Notes under the pieces: model-generated
What the model was told of the DNA's origin: nothing
What the model saw: the letters and a program-made list of their open reading frames with translations, nothing else
Databases searched by the model: none
Made by a program: the position numbers and the translations under genes
DNA from: Verrucomicrobiota bacterium
GTDB taxonomy: Bacteria > Verrucomicrobiota > Verrucomicrobiia > Limisphaerales > UBA1319
NCBI GenBank assembly: GCA_022709905.1
Contig: JAKLHY010000073.1
Location: forward strand, 1-35,035
Length of the DNA: 35,035 nt
Direction: 5' to 3'
Shown here: positions 7,942 to 17,290 of the stretch, piece by piece
Layout of the letters: each line of letters starts with the position of its first letter
Position numbering within the stretch: position 1 is the first letter of the stretch

Positions 7942-9840
7942 CTAGGCCGGTTCCGGTGAAAGCGCGGGCACGGTTCCATTGCGAAACACCCGAAAGCCCA
8001 CCACAATCATTCCGAAAGCCAGGGCGAAAAGGATCAGACAAGCCGCAGTCAGGGACCAGTTTTTACTGAGGATATTCAACCGAAGGGTGATGGCGGTCGA
8101 AGTCAGCGTGGTCACAAACATGATGACGCAAGGAATCAGGGCAAAAGCGTAACGGCGCCCGTGCTGGCGCATCCAGGCGGCGACCACCAGGAGAGCCATG
8201 GCCGCCATCATCTGGTTGGCGGACCCAAACACACGCCAGAGCACAGGCAGGGCGTTCCACCGGGATAAGACATACATCCCCAACACAGCCAGGCCGGTAT
8301 TGAACCAGATGTTCAGCAACAACGGGTGCGGCCGGCTCCAGACGATTTTCCAGAGTTCCTCCAACAGGTAACGTGTCAGGCGAACCGCAACGTCCAACGT
8401 GGTGACGACAAAGCCCTCGAGCAGGAGAATGCCGAAGACCGTCCCGCACCAGACGGGGACATGGAAGGCCGAATGCAGGAGGTTGCCGGTTGCCAAAGAG
8501 ATCGCGAGCACGGGGTTTTTATCCAGGTGGGTAATTTGCAGATAATCGGTTCGGGCCAGCCCCACGAACAGCGTCAGAATCACGGCCACAGCCAGCATGG
8601 ATTCGAGCAGCATGCCGCGATAGGCGATGCGCCGGGCGTCGCCCTCGTTGGCCAGTTGTTTGGCGCTGGTCCCGCTCGACACCAGGCAATGAAAACCGGA
8701 GATGGCTCCGCAGGAAACCGTGATCAGCATCATCGGCCAGAGCATCCCAATATATTGCATGCCGTCCGCGTAATTGAACCACGGCATATCTCGCGTTCCC
8801 ATGGCGGTCGAAACACCGGTCGAGGTCCCGGCCCCCCAGGTCAATAGACCCGCAAAAATGCCGATCACGCCCACATAGAGAATCTGGACATTGACGAAGT
8901 CCCTGGGCATGAGCAGGAGCCAGACCGGAATCGCCGAGGCCAGCACCACATAAAGCGTCATGAAGATGCGCCATTGTTCGACAGAAACATTCACCGGAAA
9001 CTTGAGTCCCAGCATCACGGAACTCAAACAGACGAAGGCGGCCAGTGGATAGGTGAAACGGGCGGATAAGTTTCGCCGGTAGATCAGCCAGCCCAGGAAT
9101 GGCGCGCAGGCCGTAATGAGCAACACACTCGTCGATGCAATCCCTCCAATGCGAGCCATCAGGGTGTAGGTTTTGACGGGCGCCGCGGCCAGCAACTCGC
9201 CCTCCGGCACCGCGGTTTTCGAATCGGGAGCGGGAGCCTTGACCGCAATCGATGTGGGCATCCAGGGGTGTGCGGGATAGGCGACCATCGGTTTTCCCGG
9301 ATACTGATCCGCGTAGGCGCGCAGTGTCTGTTCCGGGGGCGACTGCAGTCCGACCTTGCCGGCAGGATAAGCGCTTGTCAGGGCCACCACACTGAGATTC
9401 AGAAACGTGGCGGTGATCATGAACAGGCAAAGAAGCAGGAAGCCGATCATGAGTCCGTAACCGGTCGGACCCAGGACCTTGCGAGCGATGTCGGCGATGG
9501 AATGTCCTTTTTCGCGCACCGAGATGATCAAGGCCGATAAATCATGGACGCCCCCCAGGAAAATGGCGCCGACCACCACCCATACCAGGGCGGGAACAAT
9601 CCCGTAAGCGCAAGCCAGCGTGGGCCCCACGATGGGCCCCGCGCCGGCAATGGCCGCAAAATGATGCGCAAACAACACATGGGGCTTGGCGGGAACGTAA
9701 TCGACCCCATCCTGGAGTTCATGGGCGGGGGTGCGGCGCTGGGGATCGACCTGGAAAAGCCGCTCGATGCGAGTTCCGTAAAACCGGTTGCCGGCCCAAT
9801 AACAAGCAAAAGCGACGGCCAAGATAATCAGGACTGACAT
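7942..9840 (-). CDS. cstA: Carbon starvation protein CstA (peptide/pyruvate transporter family)
   Basis: Strong similarity to CstA hallmarks (…NRFYG…, DGVDYVPAKPHVLFAHHFAAIAGAGPIVGP…, many TM helices). The homologous N-terminus begins at the internal ATG (MSVLIILAV…, 9838-9840). The longest ORF extends to 9954 with a non-homologous leader. Confidence 0.85.
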   Translation of the reverse strand: MSVLIILAVAFACYWAGNRFYGTRIERLFQVDPQRRTPAHELQDGVDYVPAKPHVLFAHHFAAIAGAGPIVGPTLACAYGIVPALVWVVVGAIFLGGVHDLSALIISVREKGHSIADIARKVLGPTGYGLMIGFLLLCLFMITATFLNLSVVALTSAYPAGKVGLQSPPEQTLRAYADQYPGKPMVAYPAHPWMPTSIAVKAPAPDSKTAVPEGELLAAAPVKTYTLMARIGGIASTSVLLITACAPFLGWLIYRRNLSARFTYPLAAFVCLSSVMLGLKFPVNVSVEQWRIFMTLYVVLASAIPVWLLLMPRDFVNVQILYVGVIGIFAGLLTWGAGTSTGVSTAMGTRDMPWFNYADGMQYIGMLWPMMLITVSCGAISGFHCLVSSGTSAKQLANEGDARRIAYRGMLLESMLAVAVILTLFVGLARTDYLQITHLDKNPVLAISLATGNLLHSAFHVPVWCGTVFGILLLEGFVVTTLDVAVRLTRYLLEELWKIVWSRPHPLLLNIWFNTGLAVLGMYVLSRWNALPVLWRVFGSANQMMAAMALLVVAAWMRQHGRRYAFALIPCVIMFVTTLTSTAITLRLNILSKNWSLTAACLILFALAFGMIVVGFRVFRNGTVPALSPEPA

Positions 9841-9999
9841 AACGTATTGAGGTTGACCGTACGAGCTTAAGGCAACGATCCTGTTTGGCAAGCGCGGGAT
9901 TTTGTTGGCATTCCGCTTGACAATGGCCGGCCATTCAGGAAAACCGTTGGGCACCTAAATCATTCCATTGCCCAAAAGGCGCTGTAAAGATTTCAATCT

Positions 10000-11577
10000 A
10001 TGCGTTGGATTGTCCGCGGAGATATCGATGGTTTTTTTGGGTTGTTCATCGACAACCTGCTGCAATTGATGCTGATCGTGGTGCTGGGAGGCGCGGTCTG
10101 CGGGCTGCCGCCCGAGCTGGTGAACGGCCGGATCCTGCCCGGCGCGGCCTTGTCGATATTGATGGGCAACCTGTTCTATGCATGGCAGGCCAGGCGGCTG
10201 GCACTTTCGACCGGCCGGTCGGATGTCACCGCCCTGCCCTATGGCATCAACACGCCCAGCGTGGTGGCGTTCATCTTCTTGATCATGGGCCCCGTTTATC
10301 AGGAGACGAAAAACCCGGAACTGGCCTGGCAAGCCGGGGTGTTCGCCTGTTTTTTGAGCGGGGTGATGGAGACCGGCGGGGCGTTTGTAGGTGACTGGCT
10401 GCGTCGGAACACGCCTCGAGCGGCGCTCTTGTCGGCCCTGGCGGGGGTTGCGATCACCTTCATTGCCATGGGATTCGTCCTGCAGATCTTCAGCCGTCCC
10501 CTGTTGGCCATCCTGCCCATGATGATCATTTTGATCAGTTACGGATCGCGGGTGCGCTGGCCATTGGGATTGCCGGGCGGTTTGGTGGCCATCGGAGCCG
10601 GAACGGCGCTGGGTTGGGGATTACGCTGGCTGGGCTCCACGGAATTCGCTCCTCCCCCCGCCGGCGGAGGGCTGCAATTCCAAGGCATCCACTTTGCCGT
10701 GCCGGATCTCATCGAGTTTCTGGGCTCCCCAACCGGATGGCAGTTCCTGGCCATCATTTTTCCGATGGGCCTGTTTAACGTCATTGGATCCTTGCAGAAC
10801 CTGGAGAGCGCCGAGGCGGCGGGTGATCGCTACGAAACCCGCTCCTCGTTGCTGGCCAATGGATTGGGCAGCCTTTGCGCCGCCGTTCTGGGAAGCGCCT
10901 TCCCCACGACGATTTACATCGGGCATCCCGGATGGAAGGCCATGGGCGCGCGTTACGGCTACTCGATCCTCAACGGGATCGTTATCACGCTGCTCTGTTT
11001 CACCGGCGGAGTGACCTTGATCCTCAGTGTCATGCCGCTCGAAGCCGTTCTTGGGATTCTGCTCTGGATCGGTCTGATCATCACCGCCCAGGCTTTTCAG
11101 GAAACCCCCAAACCTCACGCCCTGGCCGTCGCAATCGGGATCATCCCGGCACTGGCCAGCTGGGGATTACTCCTGGTCGAAACCACGTTGCGCGCCGCAG
11201 GCGCGAACCTGTACAACACGGCCCCCAAGTTCGGCTCCGATCTTTACATCGATGGCTTGATCGCCTTGAGCCAGGGTTTTCTGCTGACCGCAATGGTCCT
11301 CTCGGCCGTGATGGCTTTTGTCATTGACCGCAATTTTCTCAAGGCCGCTGGATGGGCTTTTGCGGGAATGCTACTATCGGCTTCAGGTCTGATGCACGCC
11401 TACCTCCTGACACCGGCAGGAATCCAAAATCAACTGGGCTGGCTGGCGTCGCCTCGATTCGCAGCAGCCTATGGATTGACGGGTCTGATTCTGCTGGGCC
11501 TTCACCTCAGGCATCCCTCCGCTGGACCAACACCTTCAGGGTCTGCCCCAGGTGATCGGGGTGCGTCAGCGTCTTGA
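10000..11577 (+). CDS. Polytopic membrane permease, probably NCS2/AzgA-like nucleobase transporter family
   Basis: 525 aa with ~12 predicted TM helices. Segments such as ALPYGINTPSVVAFIFL and GHPGWKAMGARYGYSILNGIVITLLCF resemble AzgA/xanthine-uracil permease motifs. The low-complexity Pro/Ser/Gly tail overlaps the next gene by 71 bp. Confidence 0.55.
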   Translation: MRWIVRGDIDGFFGLFIDNLLQLMLIVVLGGAVCGLPPELVNGRILPGAALSILMGNLFYAWQARRLALSTGRSDVTALPYGINTPSVVAFIFLIMGPVYQETKNPELAWQAGVFACFLSGVMETGGAFVGDWLRRNTPRAALLSALAGVAITFIAMGFVLQIFSRPLLAILPMMIILISYGSRVRWPLGLPGGLVAIGAGTALGWGLRWLGSTEFAPPPAGGGLQFQGIHFAVPDLIEFLGSPTGWQFLAIIFPMGLFNVIGSLQNLESAEAAGDRYETRSSLLANGLGSLCAAVLGSAFPTTIYIGHPGWKAMGARYGYSILNGIVITLLCFTGGVTLILSVMPLEAVLGILLWIGLIITAQAFQETPKPHALAVAIGIIPALASWGLLLVETTLRAAGANLYNTAPKFGSDLYIDGLIALSQGFLLTAMVLSAVMAFVIDRNFLKAAGWAFAGMLLSASGLMHAYLLTPAGIQNQLGWLASPRFAAAYGLTGLILLGLHLRHPSAGPTPSGSAPGDRGASAS

Positions 11578-12658
11578 ACTGACCCAAACGACTCGGGTGA
11601 CTCCCGTCCAATCCCAGTGCCGCCATCTCCTCGGAATTCAGGTTCTCGACGAGGAACCGAGATTGGGTTGAATAAACCATCGTCCGCAAACCGTATCCCT
11701 CCCCAAGAGCCCGGAGGAGGGTAAAATTGACCTGCGAGGTCAAATCCTGCGAGCCCGGATGACTCAAAACATCCCGGCTGGTTTGATGACAGTGGTAGGC
11801 CTGCAACGTCCCCAGGCCGCGTTCCGGCGCAAAGAGTTTTTCCTGTTCCATCCCATAATCGAAAGCAAGGAGAAAACCGGAACGCAACCGCTGGGCCGCC
11901 TGCTCCCACCATTGTTCCGCCTGCGGATTGGTCTCCACAGTAAAACCATCCGGCAGGACGTCCAGGAGTTCCGAAGGAAGTGGTCCGATGGAATTCGAAC
12001 CATCCCTTAACCACCGGGGCTCCGGACAACGCGGTGATCCGGGCAAACGCACCCAGGAAAAGCTGTCCTGATCGATCGCAACTCCCCACTCAAACCAGCG
12101 GCGGCGACTGGCGTCCCATCCAAGTCGATGCACCGGAAAAGCATCCAACAGTTCGTTTGAAAAAATGAACCCATCAATCGAATGGGCGGAGATTTCGTCC
12201 CAGCCGGTTATCCACCGAATCCGCGACTGATAGGACTGAAGGCGGGTTCTTTGCCAGGCCTGTCGGCGTGGGGAAGGCTCAAGGATCCAGTATTCCCAAG
12301 GGATCGACGGGACAGATTCGGATTGGCTCCATGCGGTGAGGATATCGTCGGCCAGCGCACCGTTATGGGCGCCAGCCTCCACACAACTGAACCGGCTCAG
12401 TTTCAGTTCCCGGCTCCAGCAAGAAAACCGCCGGGCCAGCAGCTCGCCGAAAAGGGAGCCCGCCGACGCGCTGGTGTAATAATCCCCTCGCCGTCCAAGG
12501 CGGTCCTCGTGCTGCTCATAATAACCGGCCTGCGGATGATAGAGGGCAAGAGTCATGAACCGGGCAAAGGAGATCGGTCCTTGGGCTTCAATGGTCTGGC
12601 GCAGCAGACGCGGGATTGTCGAATTCGCGGGCATCTCTAAAGCTGGATAATCGATCAC
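11507..12658 (-). CDS. Class I SAM-dependent methyltransferase, MidA/NDUFAF7 (DUF185) family
   Basis: Characteristic N-terminal GPISFARFMTLALYHPQAGYY and …YTSASAGSLFGELLA… motifs. The longest ORF starts at GTG (12656-12658); an alternative ATG at 12632-12634 gives MPANSTIP…. Confidence 0.7.
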   Translation of the reverse strand: MIDYPALEMPANSTIPRLLRQTIEAQGPISFARFMTLALYHPQAGYYEQHEDRLGRRGDYYTSASAGSLFGELLARRFSCWSRELKLSRFSCVEAGAHNGALADDILTAWSQSESVPSIPWEYWILEPSPRRQAWQRTRLQSYQSRIRWITGWDEISAHSIDGFIFSNELLDAFPVHRLGWDASRRRWFEWGVAIDQDSFSWVRLPGSPRCPEPRWLRDGSNSIGPLPSELLDVLPDGFTVETNPQAEQWWEQAAQRLRSGFLLAFDYGMEQEKLFAPERGLGTLQAYHCHQTSRDVLSHPGSQDLTSQVNFTLLRALGEGYGLRTMVYSTQSRFLVENLNSEEMAALGLDGSHPSRLGQFKTLTHPDHLGQTLKVLVQRRDA

Positions 12659-12742
12659 GCCTTCACCCGGGTGTGTTCATGGCTTGCAGTGGTTCGGAGA
12701 TTTCGATAAAGTGACTTTCAAGCCAAGATATGGCAAACCTTT

Positions 12743-13837
12743 ATGGCCAAGATTGACGCATTTTTCAATCTCATGCTGGAACAGAAGGCTTCCGACCTTC
12801 ATCTCTCCACCGGGAACCCCCCCATTTTGCGCATTAACGGTGAGCTGCACCGGGTGGATTTCCCCGCCCTGGAAAACGACTCTCTCAAGGCCATGCTCTA
12901 CGAGATCGCTCCAGAGTACAAAATCAAGGTCTACGAGGAAACGGGCGATGTGGATTTCGGCTACGAGATTCCCGGTATCTCGAGGTTCCGGGCCAATTTT
13001 TTTAATCAGAAGAATGGGATCGCGGCGGTTTTCCGCCAGATCCCAAGCCGGGTGTGGTCTTTCGAGGACTTCGAGAAGAACGAAGCTCCCCTGCCTCCCG
13101 TCCTGAAGAAATTCTGTATGCTGCACAAGGGCTTGGTCGTGGTCACAGGGCCGACGGGCTCCGGGAAATCGACCACGCTGGCAGCCATGGTCGATTACGC
13201 CAATAAGAATCGAAAAGACCACGTTATCACCGTCGAAGATCCCATCGAGTTCGTGCACGAAAGCAAGGGATGCCTGGTCAACCACCGCGAGGTGGGCGTG
13301 CATACCCGGAGCTTTGCCAGTGCCCTGCGCGGGGCCTTGCGCGAAGATCCGGACATTATTCTGGTCGGCGAAATGCGCGACCTCGAGACCATCGAGCTCG
13401 CTCTGGTCGCCGCCAGCACCGGTCACCTGGTCTTTGGCACGCTCCACACCGAAAGCGCCGCTAAAACCGTCGATCGTATCATTGACGTCTTTCCGGCCGA
13501 CCAGCAGAACAAGATCCGAGCCACATTGTCAGAATCGCTGCGCGGGGTGGTCGCGCAAAACCTTTTCAAGCGCGTGGACCGGAAAGGCCGCGTCGCGGCT
13601 CTCGAGATCCTGGTTTTCACCACCGCCGTGGCCAACCTGGTCCGCGAAGGCAAGACTCACCAAATCCCGGGCATGATCCAGATCGGCAAGAAACTGGGCA
13701 ACCAACCCCTGGATGACGCCATCATGGAGCATCTGCGCATGAAACGCATATCCCCCGAGGAAGCTTTCGACAAGTGCCTGGACAAGAAAAAATTCCGAGG
13801 TTTTCTTGCCCATCCGCCCGCCGATGACGAAATCTAA
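12743..13837 (+). CDS. pilT: Type IV pilus retraction ATPase PilT (twitching motility protein)
   Basis: Near-canonical PilT sequence (ASDLHLS…, Walker A GPTGSGKSTTLAAM, IEDPIEF, Walker B DIILVGEMRDLETI, HLVFGTLHT, AHEI-like). ATG at 12743. Confidence 0.9.
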   Translation: MAKIDAFFNLMLEQKASDLHLSTGNPPILRINGELHRVDFPALENDSLKAMLYEIAPEYKIKVYEETGDVDFGYEIPGISRFRANFFNQKNGIAAVFRQIPSRVWSFEDFEKNEAPLPPVLKKFCMLHKGLVVVTGPTGSGKSTTLAAMVDYANKNRKDHVITVEDPIEFVHESKGCLVNHREVGVHTRSFASALRGALREDPDIILVGEMRDLETIELALVAASTGHLVFGTLHTESAAKTVDRIIDVFPADQQNKIRATLSESLRGVVAQNLFKRVDRKGRVAALEILVFTTAVANLVREGKTHQIPGMIQIGKKLGNQPLDDAIMEHLRMKRISPEEAFDKCLDKKKFRGFLAHPPADDEI

Positions 13838-13842
13838 GCCTC

Positions 13843-13850
13843 TCAGGAAG
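13843..13850 (+). promoter_or_regulatory. Shine-Dalgarno-like AGGAAGGA 8 nt upstream of the pilU ATG
   Basis: Read directly (…ctcAGGAAGGAcccgccATG). Confidence 0.5.
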
Positions 13851-13858
13851 GACCCGCC

Positions 13859-15064
13859 ATGAGACGGATTGAACTCGACCACGTATTAAACACGATGCTC
13901 AGTTTCCGAGAGGATGTCTCCGACATCAACTTCACGGTCGACAAAAGTCCACAGGTCGAGTCTGTCGGAAGCCTGATGCCGGTTCCTTTTCAGCCCGCGA
14001 TTGAAAAACTGACGCCCTACCAGACTGAAACCATTGCATTGAATTTGATTGGCGGACGGCAGCGGCTGACGGAGGACCTGTTGCGGACGGGTTCGTGCGA
14101 TCTCTCGTATGCGGTCGGACACAAGGCGCGCTTTCGTGTCAACGTGTTTTCTCAGCGGGGCAACTACTCGGTGGTGCTTCGAAAGCTGAACACAACCATC
14201 CCGACCATCGAGAGCATGGGTTTGCCGAACGTATTCTACGATATTGCCAAGGAACGGACGGGGCTGGTGCTTTTCACAGGCGCCACGGGCACAGGAAAAA
14301 CCACGTCGCTGGCGGCCTTGCTCAATGTCATCAACCAGAACAAACCGGTCCATGTGATTACGTTGGAGGATCCGGTGGAGTTCGTTCATCCGCAACAGGT
14401 CGCGACCTTCAACCAACGGGAGTTAGGCACGGATTTCGACAGTTTTGCCAACGGTCTGCGGGCAGCGCTGCGGCAGGCGCCCAAAGTGATCCTGGTCGGC
14501 GAAATGCGCGACCGGGAGACCGTCGAGATCGGATTGAACGCCGCCGAGACAGGGCATCTGGTTTTCAGCACCCTGCACACCATCGACTCGGGCCAAACGA
14601 TCAACCGCATTCTGGGCATGTTTGACCAGGAGGAGCAGAAGCAGATCCGGCAGCGTCTGGCGGACACAATCCGATGGGTGGTCAGCCAACGGCTGGCCCC
14701 AAAGACCGCCGGCGGACGTCACGCCCTGTTCGAAATCATGGGATCCAATCTTCGCACCCAGGAAACCATTGTTCTGGGCGAGAGCGAAGGCAAAACGTTC
14801 TACGAGATCATCGAGGCAAGCTATCCGTTCGGCTGGCGCACCTTCGACCGGGCCTGTCTGGACGCCTACCAGGAGGGAGAGATCAGCGAGGAGACCGCGA
14901 TTTCCTATTGCTCGAAGCGGGGCATTGTGGTGCGGGAAATTGACAAGATCAAGAAACAGCGGGGCGAAGTCACTTCGAATCTGTCGCGGTTGCAGATGAA
15001 AGCCGCTCCCGGGACCAAGGAAGCCGCTGCCAACGTGCCGCCTGTATTGAAACTGAAAACATGA
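13859..15064 (+). CDS. pilU: PilT/PilU-family hexameric ATPase (second paralog, PilU-like) with a ~50-aa C-terminal extension
   Basis: Walker A GATGTGKTTSLAAL, LEDPVEF, Walker B KVILVGEMRDRETV, HLVFSTLHT. Sits in tandem directly after pilT, as in the classic pilT-pilU pairs. Confidence 0.85.
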   Translation: MRRIELDHVLNTMLSFREDVSDINFTVDKSPQVESVGSLMPVPFQPAIEKLTPYQTETIALNLIGGRQRLTEDLLRTGSCDLSYAVGHKARFRVNVFSQRGNYSVVLRKLNTTIPTIESMGLPNVFYDIAKERTGLVLFTGATGTGKTTSLAALLNVINQNKPVHVITLEDPVEFVHPQQVATFNQRELGTDFDSFANGLRAALRQAPKVILVGEMRDRETVEIGLNAAETGHLVFSTLHTIDSGQTINRILGMFDQEEQKQIRQRLADTIRWVVSQRLAPKTAGGRHALFEIMGSNLRTQETIVLGESEGKTFYEIIEASYPFGWRTFDRACLDAYQEGEISEETAISYCSKRGIVVREIDKIKKQRGEVTSNLSRLQMKAAPGTKEAAANVPPVLKLKT

Positions 15065-15531
15065 ACGGCGATTTTGACTTTATCAGCCCTAGTGACAAGC
15101 CGGCTCTGCTGGCCTTCACGAATCCCGAATGGCTCAACGCGGTGCATGCCATCGTGGCCCAGCTCGGCTATAAGATTCATACCGTGATCAACCACGAGGA
15201 TTTCGTGGCCCGCTACAACCGAATTCAATACCAGTTGGTCGTCCTGGAAGAGTCTTTTGGCTGCACATCGCGTGTGGACAACGTCACCCTGCACTACATC
15301 CAAAACCTGCCAATGAGCCAGAGGCGATATGCCGTGTTCGTCGTCATCGGGCCCAGTTACCAAACCCTGAATCCGATGCACGCCTTCTGTGAGAGCGTGC
15401 AGGCCGTCATCAACAACGCCGAGTTGGTCTCCCTGAGCCCTATCCTGCAACAGGTCGTCGCCGACAACGAGGTGTTCCTCAGCGTTTATCGCGACACCCA
15501 GTTGCGAGTGCAATCGGGTTTGTTCACCTGA
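15061..15531 (+). CDS. Hypothetical protein, possibly a degenerate receiver (REC-like) fold; translationally coupled to pilU (ATGA overlap)
   Basis: The start ATG overlaps the pilU stop (ATGA). An alternating beta/alpha hydrophobic pattern (ALLAF…YKIHTV…QLVVLEE…AVFVVIG) resembles a CheY-like fold, but the phospho-acceptor Asp is replaced (LVVLEE). Protein-like composition, unlike the antisense ORF 14905..15570. Confidence 0.5.
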   Translation: MNGDFDFISPSDKPALLAFTNPEWLNAVHAIVAQLGYKIHTVINHEDFVARYNRIQYQLVVLEESFGCTSRVDNVTLHYIQNLPMSQRRYAVFVVIGPSYQTLNPMHAFCESVQAVINNAELVSLSPILQQVVADNEVFLSVYRDTQLRVQSGLFT

Positions 15532-15616
15532 GAGCCCGAAGCACCTGTGCGGCATCATGGAAAAGTCCATTTAAACGTTCCCCGGATTTTCAAACAGGCC
15601 CTAAATCGCTCCCTAC

Positions 15617-16396
15617 ATGACTGAGGCTCTGCCATCCGCCCCGCGCGCCCGTTTCGATCGCCTGGATCGGGCGCTCGTGGAACGCGGCTTGTGTCCAAGC
15701 CGGGAACAGGCCCAGCGGGCCATTATGGCGGGCCGGGTTCGGATCAACGAACAGCGAGCCCGCAAACCCAGCGACCGAGTGCGAGAAAACGATTGTCTTC
15801 AAATGACCGCACCCGAACGCTACGTCAGCCGGGGGGGGATCAAGCTCGAGCACGCCTTGCGGGCTTTTGGAGTTCCGGTGAACGGCTGCACGGCGATCGA
15901 CGTGGGCGCGTCCACAGGGGGCTTCACGGATTGTCTGCTGCAGCACGGCGTCCGCCGCGTGTTCGCCGTGGATGTGGGAACCGGTCAACTGGCGTGGAAA
16001 CTGCGCCAGGACGCCCGGGTCACCGTAATGGAACGAATCAATGCCCGTCATCTTGCGCCGACGCATTTTCCCCAACCGTTTATCCCTTTTGACCTGGCGG
16101 TCATGGATTGTTCCTTCATTTCCTTGCAGAAAATCATTCCACCCGTGGTTTCGCTTGTTCGTCCCGGGGGGACACTGATTGCCCTGGTCAAACCCCAGTT
16201 TGAAGCCGGCAAAGCGGAGGTGGACAAAGGCGCGGGAGTCATCGTGGATCCCCGTGTTCACCGTCGTGTCTTGGAGGAGCTCAGCGCCTTTGTGGGCGCT
16301 CTTCCCGGTCTGTGTTGGCGGGGCGATGTCGAATCCCCGGTGCTGGGACCGGCGGGCAACAAGGAATTCCTGGTTCATCTTGAAAAAGAATCGTAG
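15617..16396 (+). CDS. tlyA: TlyA-family rRNA 2'-O-methyltransferase (hemolysin A-like), S4 domain + FtsJ-like MTase
   Basis: N-terminal S4-like RLDRALVERGLCPSREQAQRAIMAGRV followed by AIDVGASTGGFTDCLLQHGVRRVFAVDVG (SAM-binding). Length 259 aa. Confidence 0.85.
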   Translation: MTEALPSAPRARFDRLDRALVERGLCPSREQAQRAIMAGRVRINEQRARKPSDRVRENDCLQMTAPERYVSRGGIKLEHALRAFGVPVNGCTAIDVGASTGGFTDCLLQHGVRRVFAVDVGTGQLAWKLRQDARVTVMERINARHLAPTHFPQPFIPFDLAVMDCSFISLQKIIPPVVSLVRPGGTLIALVKPQFEAGKAEVDKGAGVIVDPRVHRRVLEELSAFVGALPGLCWRGDVESPVLGPAGNKEFLVHLEKES

Positions 16397-17279
16397 CAAG
16401 ATCCGTCGGATCGGTCTGGTGGCCAATCCGGAGAAAAGCGATGCCGCCGCCGTGGTGGCTCGGGCGGCGGCCCGCATTCAAGCGGCCGGATGCCAACCGA
16501 TCGCTGATGAGGCCACGGCCCGGTTGGTGCGCATGAAAATCACCCAACTACCTCAGCCGGCCAGCCTGGCCCGGGCGGTGGACTTGCTTCTGGTGTTCGG
16601 CGGGGATGGCACCATGTTGCGGATCGGCCGCGAGGTCGCCGGATTGCGTACTCCCATTTTGGGAATCAACCTGGGAGGCCTGGGATTTCTCACCGCCGTA
16701 TCTTCCTCCAAGCTGAACGAAGCCCTCGAAAAAGTGTGGGCGGGCGAATTCCAACTCGAGCCGCGGCCCCTCATCCAGGCGACCGGACTCGCCCAGGGGC
16801 AGCCTTTGAATCACCTGGCCCTGAATGATTTTGTCATCAGCCGCGGCGCCACGTCCCGGATGATCGAACTGCAGGTCAGCGTCGACCAACAGGTGCTCAC
16901 CCAGTACCGGTGTGACGGCTTGATCGTGAGCTCTCCCACCGGGTCGACGGCATACGGCCTGGCAGCGGGCGGCGCGGTCGTTTGTCCAACCGCCGAGGTG
17001 CTCACCCTGACCCCCATCTGTCCGCATACCCTGTCCAATCGTTCCGTGGTGGTCAGCCTCCGGTCCCAAATCCAGGTCACGGTCATCAGCCGCAAACTCG
17101 ATACGATCTTCACCGCCGACGGCCAATCCCAGTCCATCCTCGGCGCCGGCGATTCGGTCATCATCAAACGCAGCCCGCGGTCGGTTCAGCTGCTGCATCT
17201 GAACGGCACTTCCTTTTTTGAAACCTTGAGACAAAAACTGAACTGGAGCGGTTCTCATGTGCTCCCGATCCAACCCTGA
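16380..17279 (+). CDS. nadK: NAD+ kinase NadK (PpnK)
   Basis: GGDGTML, NLGGLGFL and DGLIVSSPTGSTAYGLAAGG motifs. The conserved N-terminus KIRRIGLVANPEK begins just after an in-frame TTG at 16380, which overlaps tlyA by 17 nt. An upstream ATG at 16326 would overlap tlyA by 71 nt. The ORF-track start at 16179 lies deep inside tlyA and is not credible. Confidence 0.8.
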   Translation: MKKNRSKIRRIGLVANPEKSDAAAVVARAAARIQAAGCQPIADEATARLVRMKITQLPQPASLARAVDLLLVFGGDGTMLRIGREVAGLRTPILGINLGGLGFLTAVSSSKLNEALEKVWAGEFQLEPRPLIQATGLAQGQPLNHLALNDFVISRGATSRMIELQVSVDQQVLTQYRCDGLIVSSPTGSTAYGLAAGGAVVCPTAEVLTLTPICPHTLSNRSVVVSLRSQIQVTVISRKLDTIFTADGQSQSILGAGDSVIIKRSPRSVQLLHLNGTSFFETLRQKLNWSGSHVLPIQP

Positions 17280-17290
17280 TTTGCCCTGCC

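Noticed and set aside
12677-13447. 256-aa minus-strand ORF overlapping the pilT N-terminal half (and 16548..17273 antisense to nadK, 17753..18415 antisense to lacI-type gene, 23404..24162 antisense to OMP, 8519..9430 off-frame within cstA, 1881..2609 antisense to sigma gene)
   Set aside because: All lie opposite or off-frame to genes with strong family signatures and show antisense-type composition.
14905-15570. 221-aa minus-strand ORF overlapping the pilU 3' end and the small receiver-like ORF
   Set aside because: It has a D/G/H/V-rich antisense-type composition. The plus-strand ORF has a coupled ATGA start and protein-like hydrophobic periodicity.
16179-16379. 5' extension of the nadK ORF into tlyA
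   Set aside because: The extension overlaps tlyA by over 200 nt in another frame with non-conserved sequence. The conserved NadK N-terminus starts at 16380/16326.
15590-16477. 295-aa minus-strand ORF covering tlyA
   Set aside because: It is antisense to a well-supported tlyA. Its Arg/Gly/Ala/His-rich composition is typical of GC-shadow ORFs, and it has no motifs.
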